Of a stretch of 64,000 bases of DNA, positions 31,901-40,840 are shown piece after piece. How positions within the stretch are numbered: position 1 is the first letter of the stretch; every line of letters begins with the position of its first letter. A program made the translations under genes and the position numbers. Source of the stretch: Trypanosoma brucei (Eukaryota); NCBI GenBank assembly GCA_000002445.1, contig CP000068.1, forward strand, positions 544,001 through 608,000, written 5' to 3'. The notes under the pieces are model-generated. The model had not been told where the DNA came from, did no database searches, and worked only from the letters and a program-made list of their open reading frames with translations.

Positions 31901-33795
31901 TCCTTCCCGATCGAACGTACGGTGGTGTCGAGAGTGCCATTTTTGGTTGTGATGTGTCTCAGTGGCCTGGTGATTTTGAGAAACGGGAACAGCATTGTCA
32001 GAAAAGCCTCTCAGACATCATACCCATCACTCAGCGGGAGGCAGAGGAGTTAGGGAGAGAGCGACACTTCATCGAGAGGATACTCGGCAAGGCATCACGC
32101 CTAAGCCAACGTAACGTGACAGTGAGGGAGGTTGAGGCTGACGAGGTAGCAATGGAGTTGATATTTCAAAGCGAGGATCTCTCTCAGGCGTACAAGTGTC
32201 AAGTCTCACTTCTTGCTAAAGCATACCTTGAGGAGGTTGAGGCTGCGGCTGTTCGACGGGTTATCGAATTGTCTAGGGGCTCCCCTCGTGCGGATACTTT
32301 ACAACATGCGCTGGCGGTACGTGAAGGTCGGCGGATGCAACTTTCAGAGAAGGCAGCAAACGAGATGAAGGCTGGGACTGCTATTCATAACGGTCCAATC
32401 GACAGAGCCAACCCCCGTGGCGTGCCCCAGCCCTGGGCGCACCTGTGCCACCACGATCTAGTGGCAGATGGCAACGCACAAGCTATCGCTGCTGCTTGTA
32501 GAGGTGCCCAGCATTTTGGCACGAAAATGTTTGCGTACATTTGTGAGCTGTCGAAACAGAAGGAGGAGAAGAATGAGTCAATTTTCAATAAGTACCCATT
32601 CTTACCGCCGCTACCGTACGGTGTTCCTCTGTCGGACATAGAACTTTCCACCGACCTGGAGTTTAGGCAGTGTGCACTCAAGCTACGGGAGAATCCCAAC
32701 GACGAAGGCAGTAAAGATGAGATGCGCTGTATTGTGTTACGACTTGCAAAGGTCCATGCGATCGACCGCGTTAACACGGCTCCCGAAGGGTTAAGAGGGC
32801 TGTGGGATACAATTTTGCAACATCATCCTGTATCCGAGTGTGATAACGGGAGTGGCTTCTATGGCAACACTGCGGTTTGTGTTGATGAGGATCGTCTCCC
32901 GCAGCTTACTGGCCCAACTGTTGCCGATGTGAGAGTACTGCGGGGATTGGGCGGTGGGTCTGCTTATAAGCAATTCATTGCCTGTTGCAGGAAAGACCTA
33001 CCCTGCGCGTTGAAACGGTGGGGCACGCAGCTGGCACTTGGTGGAGCTGATGCTTTTCACTTAAGCACAGAGGACCTCGGACTCATCAGGGGTTTCTATA
33101 ATGGCGCAGCAGGGGGCAGTGGCAAGTTGTTGAGCTACGGAAACTTCGAGGAGTTTTTGGTGCAAACTCTGGGAAGTCGTCCAGACGTAACATTAGCGGG
33201 GCTCAACCAGCTGCTCCAAACGACATTTGCAGCACTGAGTAGACCACATGTTGTAAAGTTTGATGACTTTACCCAGTTCCTTACGGCGCTTGCTGCTTGC
33301 GAGTATCTTGGTGGTGGCAACCCTCTTCCAGCAGTGAGACGGCGCCCTGCTGGGAAACTGGCCCCTCTGCTGGTAACACCTCCTCGTGCATCCGTGGCGA
33401 CGCGTTTCCCCGATTCGTCGAGACATCGCTTCGATTTAGTCCCACTCTGCCCAAGAGAAACACGGTTACAGCCTTTAAGGGTTAATAAGACAACTGACTC
33501 TCCTGTGCCTGTATCGGTCGCCTCTGAAACGACAGAGGTGACTACGTTTGCAGGTGATGGTGCACACGAGCGGCGGTGCAGCACCGGAGCTGGTGGTGCG
33601 TTCCGACGCGCCGCGCTGCAGCGGCCATCAACTGCTCAGTGGAGCGTTGTGCCGAGAGAACGTGTTCCGCAACACGCGTCACCGCCCTTGATGCCACGCA
33701 ACGCAGAGGTATGGACACCTGAGGTTACTGGAAAAAGCGGAAGTGAGTCTGTTACGCCTGAAAGCACATCGGAATCGGGAAATGAAGAGGCGTAA
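25921..33795 (+). CDS. Very large repetitive protein (about 2,625 aa). It contains 30 tandem copies of a 35-aa unit, EVHEACDEQMPV[S/N]VC[G/D]ILEQPLSMA[H/D]VFDSLMKDA, between an N-terminal Q/S-rich region and a roughly 1,100-aa unique C-terminal region.
   Basis: A single 8 kb + strand ORF. The track start at 25786 is a TTG within a pyrimidine tract, and the first ATG is at 25921 (MQQQQQQKH). The repeats span 27292-30465. Confidence 0.7.
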   Translation: MQQQQQQKHLVGSGATNNTMGRVDFLQLPASCNAEGSSRWRWRFQTQQQRHQHGDSDSGEGEDGGVFYNVQRVEDDGKETDIMYVAKTIGNEVLHHEVTPRYPNSRSSINDELSSATGSSSSNDICEEPLPLYFIRNAGKRRIGPVCESVTEKERTHFSTESVRKADITPPTEPLQVEIISKRTSYIGLHVFQEQNEIVAHVEEEKHSSDDSDYREQREGDTPMVPSFVYYSAPRRGQHTSESEEYATEFDESCAPATNNEHHHASPLKPTLIKKRCYIPVPSPPEGHTKVSMSYHTSIQSATPPSEITSPLQVSFIRSKLCGNYRSEAEAQLPMSIEAIKGAFQRSDKSAKATLPPSMRRQARECKPQRQQQPECFRERREVSSSSSEDEYNGVMIPAKEGRRNAHTFKKVNTVREQEHKNGGLKEEQQMRESDIQKNRAQQVVFGFMPKQNHKHTEVHEACDEQMPVSVCGILEQPLSMAHVFDSLMKDAEVHEACDEQMPVNVCDILEQPLSMAHVFDSLMKDAEVHEACDEQMPVNVCDILEQPLSMAHVFDSLMKDAEVHEACDEQMPVNVCDILEQPLSMAHVFDSLMKDAEVHEACDEQMPVSVCDILEQPLSMAHVFDSLMKDAEVHEACDEQMPVSVCGILEQPLSMAHVFDSLMKDAEVHEACDEQMPVNVCDILEQPLSMAHVFDSLMKDAEVHEACDEQMPVNVCDILEQPLSMAHVFDSLMKDAEVHEACDEQMPVNVCDILEQPLSMAHVFDSLMKDAEVHEACDEQMPVSVCDILEQPLSMAHVFDSLMKDAEVHEACDEQMPVNVCDILEQPLSMAHVFDSLMKDAEVHEACDEQMPVNVCDILEQPLSMAHVFDSLMKDAEVHEACDEQMPVSVCDILEQPLSMAHVFDSLMKDAEVHEACDEQMPVSVCGILEQPLSMAHVFDSLMKDAEVHEACDEQMPVSVCGILEQPLSMAHVFDSLMKDAEVHEACDEQMPVNVCGILEQPLSMAHVFDSLMKDAEVHEACDEQMPVNVCDILEQPLSMAHVFDSLMKDAEVHEACDEQMPVSVCGILEQPLSMADVFDSLMKDAEVHEACDEQMPVNVCGILEQPLSMAHVFDSLMKDAEVHEACDEQMPVNVCDILEQPLSMAHVFDSLMKDAEVHEACDEQMPVSVCGILEQPLSMAHVFDSLMKDAEVHEACDEQMPVSVCGILEQPLSMAHVFDSLMKDAEVHEACDEQMPVNVCDILEQPLSMAHVFDSLMKDAEVHEACDEQMPVSVCGILEQPLSMAHVFDSLMKDAEVHEACDEQMPVNVCDILEQPLSMAHVFDSLMKDAEVHEACDEQMPVNVCDILEQPLSMADVFDSLMKDAEVHEACDEQMPVSVCGILEQPLSMAHVFDSLMKDAEVHEACDEQMPVSVCGILEQPLSMAHVFDSLMKDAEVHEACDEQMPVNVCDILEQPLSMADVFDSLMKDAEVHEACDEQMPVSVCGILEQPLSMAHVFDSLMKDAEVHEACDEKTILLVVRETNVVVHQLCAERELSPLLRFGRYLKSVIGTVCSVVGGVVGLGTLSPHLFKGFVVEGKKTSCLIPRVSGYPFKKCSYLPKGSLMVVMLMDAEGRQVLTKHFVLNSGSLGLFKELTVMADEDAASRQDRVLNVSRRLRNAVKLIGGIEGCVSVADSPQNPGRLRLQVMPRHVRTSKLISLWEVSVIPSIIITEIASKPDLFLFSLSGGIAHYSMKVPRAACRGDTRNMSWIYEKGEIQTDALDKLSVRRCRHRPNCGDGLSTHCLTVEAVQNLMHGEMVEVGLEHLSGSKGETSRQECGNSLTNGRGRSTSSVAISAVPDVRESAIDDQVMRVVPWSPSAFVRDPIVSRDRRVLGHSDAPRLSPSLGSLSLATGESDQHPAHCALVRLGPLSSAKQETRTNENRVGALQVAGDDTSLNGLYERKRLGLLDFVRAGRPDAPKTKVLSDRTQSGSDSPQGMGVRLPRTAVARQFLPDRTYGGVESAIFGCDVSQWPGDFEKREQHCQKSLSDIIPITQREAEELGRERHFIERILGKASRLSQRNVTVREVEADEVAMELIFQSEDLSQAYKCQVSLLAKAYLEEVEAAAVRRVIELSRGSPRADTLQHALAVREGRRMQLSEKAANEMKAGTAIHNGPIDRANPRGVPQPWAHLCHHDLVADGNAQAIAAACRGAQHFGTKMFAYICELSKQKEEKNESIFNKYPFLPPLPYGVPLSDIELSTDLEFRQCALKLRENPNDEGSKDEMRCIVLRLAKVHAIDRVNTAPEGLRGLWDTILQHHPVSECDNGSGFYGNTAVCVDEDRLPQLTGPTVADVRVLRGLGGGSAYKQFIACCRKDLPCALKRWGTQLALGGADAFHLSTEDLGLIRGFYNGAAGGSGKLLSYGNFEEFLVQTLGSRPDVTLAGLNQLLQTTFAALSRPHVVKFDDFTQFLTALAACEYLGGGNPLPAVRRRPAGKLAPLLVTPPRASVATRFPDSSRHRFDLVPLCPRETRLQPLRVNKTTDSPVPVSVASETTEVTTFAGDGAHERRCSTGAGGAFRRAALQRPSTAQWSVVPRERVPQHASPPLMPRNAEVWTPEVTGKSGSESVTPESTSESGNEEA
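27292..30465 (+). repeat. Tandem array of 30 copies of a 105-bp coding unit, plus 24 bp of a 31st copy.
   Basis: By direct reading, the distance from the first GAG GTG CAC to the last is 3,150 bp, exactly 30 x 105. The units are more than 97% identical. Variable codons are agt/aat, ggt/gat and cat/gat, plus a silent tct/tcc. Confidence 0.95.
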
Positions 33796-34528
33796 GGCAC
33801 AAGAGGGGTTATTATCTCCTCTTTCTGTTTTGTATGAGGCCCGTTGCGTCAAGAGGGACCGTGAGCTACGGGATCCCTCAGCGGGGGCTGTAGAGGGTGG
33901 AATTATGAGCTTGGCTGCGAGCAGCACTGGAGCTTCTGTACGTTCGTGTGGGAGGTGGGGTACGAAAAAAAGCAAAGGGGACCTTTACTGTTTATGGACG
34001 GGTGACATTATCTTTTGTTCATATTTTCCAAAGAATGAAAGGGGCGTTGTGTGACCAAGTGATACATATTTTTTGTGATTGCTTTAGTTTTGCTATCAGA
34101 TGCACTTCACGTTATGGATAGCAGATGTTTAAAACGACTATTGTGTGTATACATTTAGTGTTTACCTGCAAAAGCAGGAAATGGAATATTTGAAGGACGG
34201 ACGCTAGTGTATAATGTTTTTATGATCCGCCACAGTTGTGTGAATATCGTATTTTAAGTGTTTTTAATGTTTTTGCATGCTTTTTCTAGTGACTCAAAGG
34301 AGGTGGCACTTTCGCCGTGTTATACTTATCGAAAGCAACATGATGCATATGTACATATGTACTTGGTCAAATTAATAGTGCTAGTGAGGTTCTAACTCTG
34401 TCACTCGTTTCGATCTGTGACTATCCTTTTCTCCCATTTTATTTTACCTTATTTTTTATCATTATTGTTTGGGAAATATCAGATGTTATGGATAATCCAG
34501 TAGGGTAGGCTCACAAGGGAAAGGAAAG

Positions 34529-36058
34529 ATGCAATTCTCGACCTACATGACGAATATTGTTTCGGAGGTGAAGTCCTTTGGGAAGGCATATGTTGACTCG
34601 TTGGTGGCCCCCCAAGATGATGAAGATAATAAGAAGGAGCGTAGTGTTGGCGCAACCTTTGGGAGTGCAAGTGACGGCACTGATGTCGGCCATTCTTCGG
34701 TAGGCGCACTCGGGGATGTGCTCAGCAATTTAGTTTCAACCGCATCGCCTTCCGGTTCTCGTCTTATGGATGATAATGATGATGCTAACAGTGCCGGAGG
34801 CTTGAGTAAAATTGTAGAGCACGGGACTATGTGTAGTCATAACACCTGGGAGAGTAATTATTACAACGGCGCGGCGGTGTGGGAGCGCGGTACGGTAGAA
34901 CAGGGCTTCGCTGAGTGTGTGTCAGACGGCTCCGTCCATCCGTCACCCCTTGTTTTCAAGACGTCGCCAGAGACCACCGAAGCGCCATTAGTGGCATCGA
35001 CGACGAGCCTGCAGAAAAAAAATCTCAAGAGAGGAAATACGATCCGGTCTAAATTTGGTGCGGTGAAGCTGGTGTTGGACACTGCGCCCACATCTTCAAG
35101 TGCTGCTTTGACAGATACCGCTTCGGTTCCTCAAATCAGTCGGAGGCACGCGGAGGTGAATATGGTTAAGTTACCGCCCACACCATCGCCATGGGAAGAA
35201 AGGAGGGGCGCCGTGCTTCAACTCCTTAACCGCCACGCAAACAGGCGGTCGCTTCTGGTCCCATGGGCGCGCAATTTTTTGCGCAGCTTCGTTGACAGTG
35301 TGGCCAACCAGCTTCCGCCAGCTATCACGGAGAAGGGATTATCACTCGAAGCGGCACGACAATCAACGGAGCAGCTGCCGTTGGAAGGTTCATGGAACGA
35401 AATAGAGTCCTCGCTCAGGAAATGTTTGACACAAGCCATACCCATAGAGGTGTGGGGCCCTTGTGCCGGGAGCAGAGTGGAAGCTATTACCACTCCTCCC
35501 AAGTCGAGCCCGCTGTGCTCCTTTAACAATGCAGATTTGAGCCTATTGCTTCAGAGCTCGCTGCAGTCGCTACAGCAATGGCATCATCGCAGGCAGTTGT
35601 ATTCGGTGCTGGTATCTAAAAAGCAGGTGCAACGCCACCAGCGCCACTCACTGGATCATGCGGTGGAGCAGTGCATGATAGACATGTATTCCTCTTGTTT
35701 TTTTCCACACATACGTGTGGCGGCTGAGAGGGCGAAAGAATTACTGCAGCGTTGCGTTCCTCAACATGAGGAGGTAAAGGGACCAATGCAAGTCGCTACC
35801 CTCAATAATTCATTCGACCAGTGGGTAGCGAAGGTAATGTCACTTTTTTGTTCAGAGCTTACTGCTGCAGACGGCGAGTGGCAGCGCAGGGTCGACCACA
35901 CGGCGGGCGCAACTACATGCACCGCATCCGACAGTGAGGACGTTGTAGATGCTGCCGTAAGCGGTGTGGAAAGTGGAACGGCTGCGCTGTGGCTCATGTG
36001 TGAGGTGGCTGTGATGTCGTTGTTATTGGTTTGTACTCTTTTCTGTGAAGCTGAATAG
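34529..36058 (+). CDS. Hypothetical protein (509 aa).
   Basis: ATG at 34529 after a polypyrimidine tract at 34430-34470. GC-rich ORF in the + strand array. No recognised domains. Confidence 0.5.
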   Translation: MQFSTYMTNIVSEVKSFGKAYVDSLVAPQDDEDNKKERSVGATFGSASDGTDVGHSSVGALGDVLSNLVSTASPSGSRLMDDNDDANSAGGLSKIVEHGTMCSHNTWESNYYNGAAVWERGTVEQGFAECVSDGSVHPSPLVFKTSPETTEAPLVASTTSLQKKNLKRGNTIRSKFGAVKLVLDTAPTSSSAALTDTASVPQISRRHAEVNMVKLPPTPSPWEERRGAVLQLLNRHANRRSLLVPWARNFLRSFVDSVANQLPPAITEKGLSLEAARQSTEQLPLEGSWNEIESSLRKCLTQAIPIEVWGPCAGSRVEAITTPPKSSPLCSFNNADLSLLLQSSLQSLQQWHHRRQLYSVLVSKKQVQRHQRHSLDHAVEQCMIDMYSSCFFPHIRVAAERAKELLQRCVPQHEEVKGPMQVATLNNSFDQWVAKVMSLFCSELTAADGEWQRRVDHTAGATTCTASDSEDVVDAAVSGVESGTAALWLMCEVAVMSLLLVCTLFCEAE

Positions 36059-36366
36059 CAAATTGAAGAGTAGGTGCATAAATATTTGTCTGCTTTGTCC
36101 ATTGCTTTTGGTTTTGCTTTGCTTTGCTTTGCCATTAGCCACCCGTCCATAAATAAACACAAACCTTAACTTCAGTCCTTTGGTTCTATTTGAACCGTAT
36201 ACGTATACCTCGACATCGTTTCTTCAACTCTTTGTTTCTTCTCTTTCCTCCCCAATTCCATGTTTTTGGTTGAATGAACGTCCCTTTACTCAGGGTAGGC
36301 TACTCTGCAAAGCAGAGCAGGACATAGCTGCAGTCCCCGGTGGTTGCACCGGAGTTTACGTTTCGG

Positions 36367-39030
36367 ATGCTTTCATGTTTGCGTCAGATCCATCACAGGA
36401 AAAAAAAGGAACCATGCGTGCTTTCTACTGCCCCTGCAGAGGAGGGGGCGAATCTGTTGCGGCGCGCTGTGTACGACACGATTGTTTCCAGTGAACACCA
36501 TCATATTCAGACACTTCAGGAAAGTCAGAGAATAATAGAGAGTAGTGAGTTTGAAACACTCGAAGAGAAAAAAGCTATGCAGCGGATGGGAAGCTTCATG
36601 GTAAGCGTTGTCCAGAAGCATATGCAAGCGGTCACGTTTGAATCTACGCTTGCTGCAACCTGTCGTAAGCAGCAAAGACAGAAACCGCGAGGCGTGAGCA
36701 ATGTCATTATGGGAAGTGAGGAGGAGGTAGGGCAGCTGCTGCTCATGAACCGCACTATGGCGCTTGGTACAACATGTACGTTTCTAGAGGGCCTGATAAA
36801 TCACGACAAAGAACTCGCGTTGGCACCCATCTTATGTACGAGTGAAGAGCGCGAGGCAGAACCTGTCCGTCACCCCAGCGTGCAGGATCCGGTGCCTTTC
36901 CTTCGGCAGTCACATCCGGCGCTAGGGGCGATTTTGTTGGACACAGCAGAACAGGCGGTCGGTGCCACACAGAAAGACGGCAGAGAGCTCTCTATGACTC
37001 AAGGCTCCGGTACACTGAGCCAACTAGGTAATCGTTTCACTCAGTCGACTCTGACACAGCAGCGCGAAGGAGTTCTCAAACGGCGACGGCAAGACGACAA
37101 CAGCGACAACGACAACGACGGAAGTGTCACATCCTCGTGCAAGCGGAATCCCTCTTTTGTGGTCAGAATTGGCGAAGGGGTTTTGAAATCACGGAAACAA
37201 TGTGATCCCGACGTAGAAGGTACAGTTACTGGCAGCCTCCCTACCCCGGCGACCGACCAAACAAAACGACAGGAGACCCAGCGGTCTGAACAGAACAGAA
37301 TCGTTCAATCCCAGCGGTCCGCCACTTCATCACAACCGCATACCCAAAAAGGTCAACCGCTGCCGTCAGGTACCACCGACGAGAACAGCGCCCCCCGTCT
37401 GTCTCCTCTCACGGGAAGCACAGCAAAGGTTTCCGGGAGTCTGCAACGTTCTCAATTGGCCTCGGGCGAGGGAGAAGCAATTGAACGCGCGGAAAATTCG
37501 TCCACTGCCAATCGTAGGGGAGACCCTTGGACAGGTCGTCACAACGCTCACGGCAGCAGAGCTGGTAAAGGGGGCGACGAGGAAAATGAACGGGGACCTG
37601 GGAGCAGCGCCGGCGGCTTTGTTACTGCCTGTGAACAACTGAAAATGGACTTGAAGGCGGGGCGCGGGGTGCCACCTCAGTTTTCTATGGAGCGGCGAAA
37701 GCCGGCACCAGGCGTGCGATACCCGGGTTTCACACCACCGTTTCAGCGACAACCCGTGCGACCCAATGGTGATGTGCCGTCAGCTGACAAGGGAACTCAA
37801 GATTCTACTGGTGGCACTCCTCCTCCTCCTCCTCCGACAGGATCGGTAAGTTCCACCGTCAAAAGTAACAGATTGTCTCCGGCGCGGAGACTGAAGCAGC
37901 GCTCAAGAGCCTCCAGCTCCGACGATGACCGTAGCGATTTCCCCTCCTCTCTACTCCTGCCGGATGGCAGTATTCCTCCGATCCTCCAATCGCTGGATGC
38001 ACGTCTTGTAGCGCAAGTTGCTTCAGAAATCATTGAGCACAGCGGTGGTGGGGGTGGTGTTGGTTGGAATGCCATTGCAGGTCTTGAGCACGCCAAACGG
38101 AGCGTGGAGGAAGTGATTGTGTGGCCGCTGCAGCGACCGGAGTTTTTTGTCGGTCTTCGAGGTCCGCCGCGTGGGCTGCTGCTGTTTGGTCCACCAGGCA
38201 CGGGGAAGACGATGATTGCTCGCGCCATTGCGAACCGTGCACAGTGCACCTTCTTCAACATTAGCGCCTCTTCTGTGATGTCGAAATGGATGGGTGACGG
38301 TGAAAAGTTAGTTCGTTGCCTCTTTGCCGTTGCCGTGGTGAAGCAACCGAGTGTTATCTTCATTGATGAAATCGATTCCCTCCTCTCCATGCGTAGCGAG
38401 GGCGAAATGGACGCTGTGCGGCGCGTGAAGACCGAGTTTCTCGTGCAACTTGATGGTGTTGCCACGAACCAAGGGGACCGTGTCCTTCTCATTGGCGCCA
38501 CAAATAGGCCTGACGAATTGGATGAAGCAGCAAGGCGGCGGTTGGAAAAGCGGCTCTACATCCCCCTTCCCGACATCAATGCGCGCGCTCAGCTTATAAA
38601 GATGCTACTTGAACAGACAGGTACTAACTGTGGGCAGGCTGTTGGTCAAAGTGCGGAGAGCGCTGGAAAAGCCGCTTCTAGTGTGAGTGATATGGACGAG
38701 AAGAGCATCATGCATGTTGCCACGGCAACTGAAGGATACTCGGGTTCGGACATTAAACAATTGTGTTCTGAAGCGGCAATGTATGCGGTGCGTGAGCTTA
38801 AGGAGAAGCTGAAGGATCTCGAAATACGTGAGCTAAGGCCTATCCAAAGAAAGGACTTTGTTAGGGCGCTACGACGCTCTCGACCAAGTGTCGGGGCGGA
38901 TGAAGTTCGTCGTTATGTGGAATGGAATAAAAAGTTCGGCTCCTTTCCAACAGGAGTGATGGACGCGGATGAGGAGGAGGAGGAAGAGGACGAAGGTGAA
39001 GGTGAAGGTGAGGCAACCATCAAACGGTGA
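36367..39030 (+). CDS. AAA+ ATPase of the katanin p60 / spastin / fidgetin (meiotic) clade. It has a long low-complexity N-terminal region and an acidic C-terminal tail.
   Basis: GWNAIAGLEHAKRSVEEVIVWPLQRPEFFVGLRGPPRGLLLFGPPGTGKT (Walker A), VIFIDEIDSLLS (Walker B), and LIGATNRPDELDEAARRRLEKRLYIPLPD (sensor / second region of homology). The C-terminus is EEEEEEDEGEGEGE. The track start at 36340 is a GTG, and the first ATG is at 36367. Confidence 0.85.
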   Translation: MLSCLRQIHHRKKKEPCVLSTAPAEEGANLLRRAVYDTIVSSEHHHIQTLQESQRIIESSEFETLEEKKAMQRMGSFMVSVVQKHMQAVTFESTLAATCRKQQRQKPRGVSNVIMGSEEEVGQLLLMNRTMALGTTCTFLEGLINHDKELALAPILCTSEEREAEPVRHPSVQDPVPFLRQSHPALGAILLDTAEQAVGATQKDGRELSMTQGSGTLSQLGNRFTQSTLTQQREGVLKRRRQDDNSDNDNDGSVTSSCKRNPSFVVRIGEGVLKSRKQCDPDVEGTVTGSLPTPATDQTKRQETQRSEQNRIVQSQRSATSSQPHTQKGQPLPSGTTDENSAPRLSPLTGSTAKVSGSLQRSQLASGEGEAIERAENSSTANRRGDPWTGRHNAHGSRAGKGGDEENERGPGSSAGGFVTACEQLKMDLKAGRGVPPQFSMERRKPAPGVRYPGFTPPFQRQPVRPNGDVPSADKGTQDSTGGTPPPPPPTGSVSSTVKSNRLSPARRLKQRSRASSSDDDRSDFPSSLLLPDGSIPPILQSLDARLVAQVASEIIEHSGGGGGVGWNAIAGLEHAKRSVEEVIVWPLQRPEFFVGLRGPPRGLLLFGPPGTGKTMIARAIANRAQCTFFNISASSVMSKWMGDGEKLVRCLFAVAVVKQPSVIFIDEIDSLLSMRSEGEMDAVRRVKTEFLVQLDGVATNQGDRVLLIGATNRPDELDEAARRRLEKRLYIPLPDINARAQLIKMLLEQTGTNCGQAVGQSAESAGKAASSVSDMDEKSIMHVATATEGYSGSDIKQLCSEAAMYAVRELKEKLKDLEIRELRPIQRKDFVRALRRSRPSVGADEVRRYVEWNKKFGSFPTGVMDADEEEEEEDEGEGEGEATIKR

Positions 39031-39504
39031 GCGAAGGGTAGACCGAGCATGAATTAGGCAGAATGGAGTAGTGGGTGCTTTGGTCTTTGCGTGTGTGAAA
39101 CAACGCGTTTGTGCGACGGTAAGCTGGGGAGGTGTAAATCATGGGAGGGGGGGATATCTTTCTCTTGTGCGTCAGTGCGGTATCTGCCCTCCATACTTCA
39201 CCATTTGTTCTGTTTTGCCATTGCCCACCTCCCTCGCGCGTTTGTTATCATCGTTTTGTACAAGCGTTGGCATCCAACCCTGATTAAAAATAACTCTTTC
39301 TTTTGTTGCTGCAAACTTTGTGACTAACTCGTGCCATTTCAGCTTTTCCATTTTTGTCGTGTTTTGTTGGAAGTTTACGAACAAGTAGAACCACCATATA
39401 TCATAAATATTGTATTGCTCTAAAGAGGGCGCTGAGTTACCCGCGAAAGGAAGCGAAGCGAAGAAAAAGTTCGAAAGAGGAAACAAAAGTAAGGGGGGGA
39501 AGAA

Positions 39505-39969
39505 ATGACAGACCGACCTCCGACACTCGCTGACTTCAAGGCCCCTTACCCTGAGCCGGGTCCCGACCAGACCTGCTGCATTATACTGCTCGAAGAGAAA
39601 CCAGATGAAGAGGAAAACTACCGAGTGGAGCTCATCCCAGGTCGTGTGATGGAGGATGGGTTGGCCACGGGTACGGTCTCCGGCGTGGTGAGGGAGGAGG
39701 TTATTCACGGCTGGGGATATAGCTACTACGTGGTAGAGATGGAGCCACTCGTAACCACGCGTAGATCAATCCGTTCTTTCCACCGACCGACTCGTTTCGT
39801 CCCCGTTCCGACCAAGCACTTCATTCGTTACAACAGCCAACTACCAGTGGTAGTGTATCTCCCCCATAATACGGAGCTGAGGTATCGCGTGTGGACACCC
39901 ATTGATATGCAGAAGGTGGAACCCACAGAACCGGAGGGTCTGCTCAAGATCGAGGAGAGGGCGGGTTAG
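39505..39969 (+). CDS. Small conserved hypothetical protein (154 aa); paralogue of the 1498..1995 gene.
   Basis: ATG at 39505. Shares the ELIPGRV and PVVVYLP...LRYRVWT motifs in the same order as the 1498 gene. Confidence 0.6.
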   Translation: MTDRPPTLADFKAPYPEPGPDQTCCIILLEEKPDEEENYRVELIPGRVMEDGLATGTVSGVVREEVIHGWGYSYYVVEMEPLVTTRRSIRSFHRPTRFVPVPTKHFIRYNSQLPVVVYLPHNTELRYRVWTPIDMQKVEPTEPEGLLKIEERAG

Positions 39970-40840
39970 CTACAGTTCGTATGGATTCGTACGTTGTGTT
40001 TGGAGTGAATGGCTTAATGTACTGAAGAGTAAGCGGCAAAGAGAAGAGCCTCTCCCCTGTGGAGGGGGAAGAGAATACCTTTGTCAATACCCGGGGTGTG
40101 TGTGTGTGGGGGGGGGGGTAATGTTGTTAGGTGCCACCTTTGGTGGTTGCGTGCCTGTGTGTCATGTATTATTTTTTTTCAGTTGCTCAACTCTCGCCTC
40201 GTAAGGACCGCACATGGAGCAAAGAAAATGAGACAAAACAAGGAGGCAAAGAGTGGAATGAGTGATATGTACTAGTGTGGCCGTCAGTGTGCGTGTAACA
40301 TACCGAGTATGTATATATATATATATATCAAGATACACATATATCTGTTGCCATATACCGGGCATACAAAATCTAAAGAATATATGTATGTATATATGCC
40401 TCGATCTCTCCTCTTCTCATCTGTAAACGCTCAACATCGCTCGCGCGGTCTTTTGTTGCCTTCCGCAGTGTACCCACGCGGACCTTGGCACACTGTACCA
40501 GGGGAAGAGGGAGGTACTTGGTGTAGCAAAAGCACCCTTTAGTAGTACGGAGCGGTGCTGTGTTGGTGTCTGCGGCGAAGGGGGGGAAGGATATAGGAGG
40601 CGTAAGAACTCCTTTTTCGTGTCCCCTTTCAAACAGTTCAACGCGCCACCACCACCAACACAGTCACTCACAGCGTCACCTCGCCTGTCTTAAATAACAT
40701 CGCGGGAGGTGTAAAAGCGACCCAGAACTTGTTTACCTCTAATTTTGGGTGGCGCAGGCATAAATATATATATATATATATTTATTTATATATAAACGGC
40801 AGTCAACGCCGGGCGAGTGGCCTGTCAAAACTTGCGGCGT

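Noticed and set aside
31197-31940. Minus-strand 247-aa ORF inside the giant gene.
   Set aside because: It is entirely antisense to a long, well-supported + strand CDS in a genome with unidirectional polycistrons, so it is a shadow ORF.
36180-36494. A + strand 104-aa ORF in an alternative frame overlapping the start of the AAA ATPase gene.
   Set aside because: Short and overlapping. The AAA frame continues for 2.6 kb with domain support, whereas this frame terminates quickly.
37797-38501. Minus-strand 234-aa ORF antisense to the AAA domain.
   Set aside because: It overlaps the conserved Walker A/B coding region of the + strand ATPase, so it is a shadow ORF.
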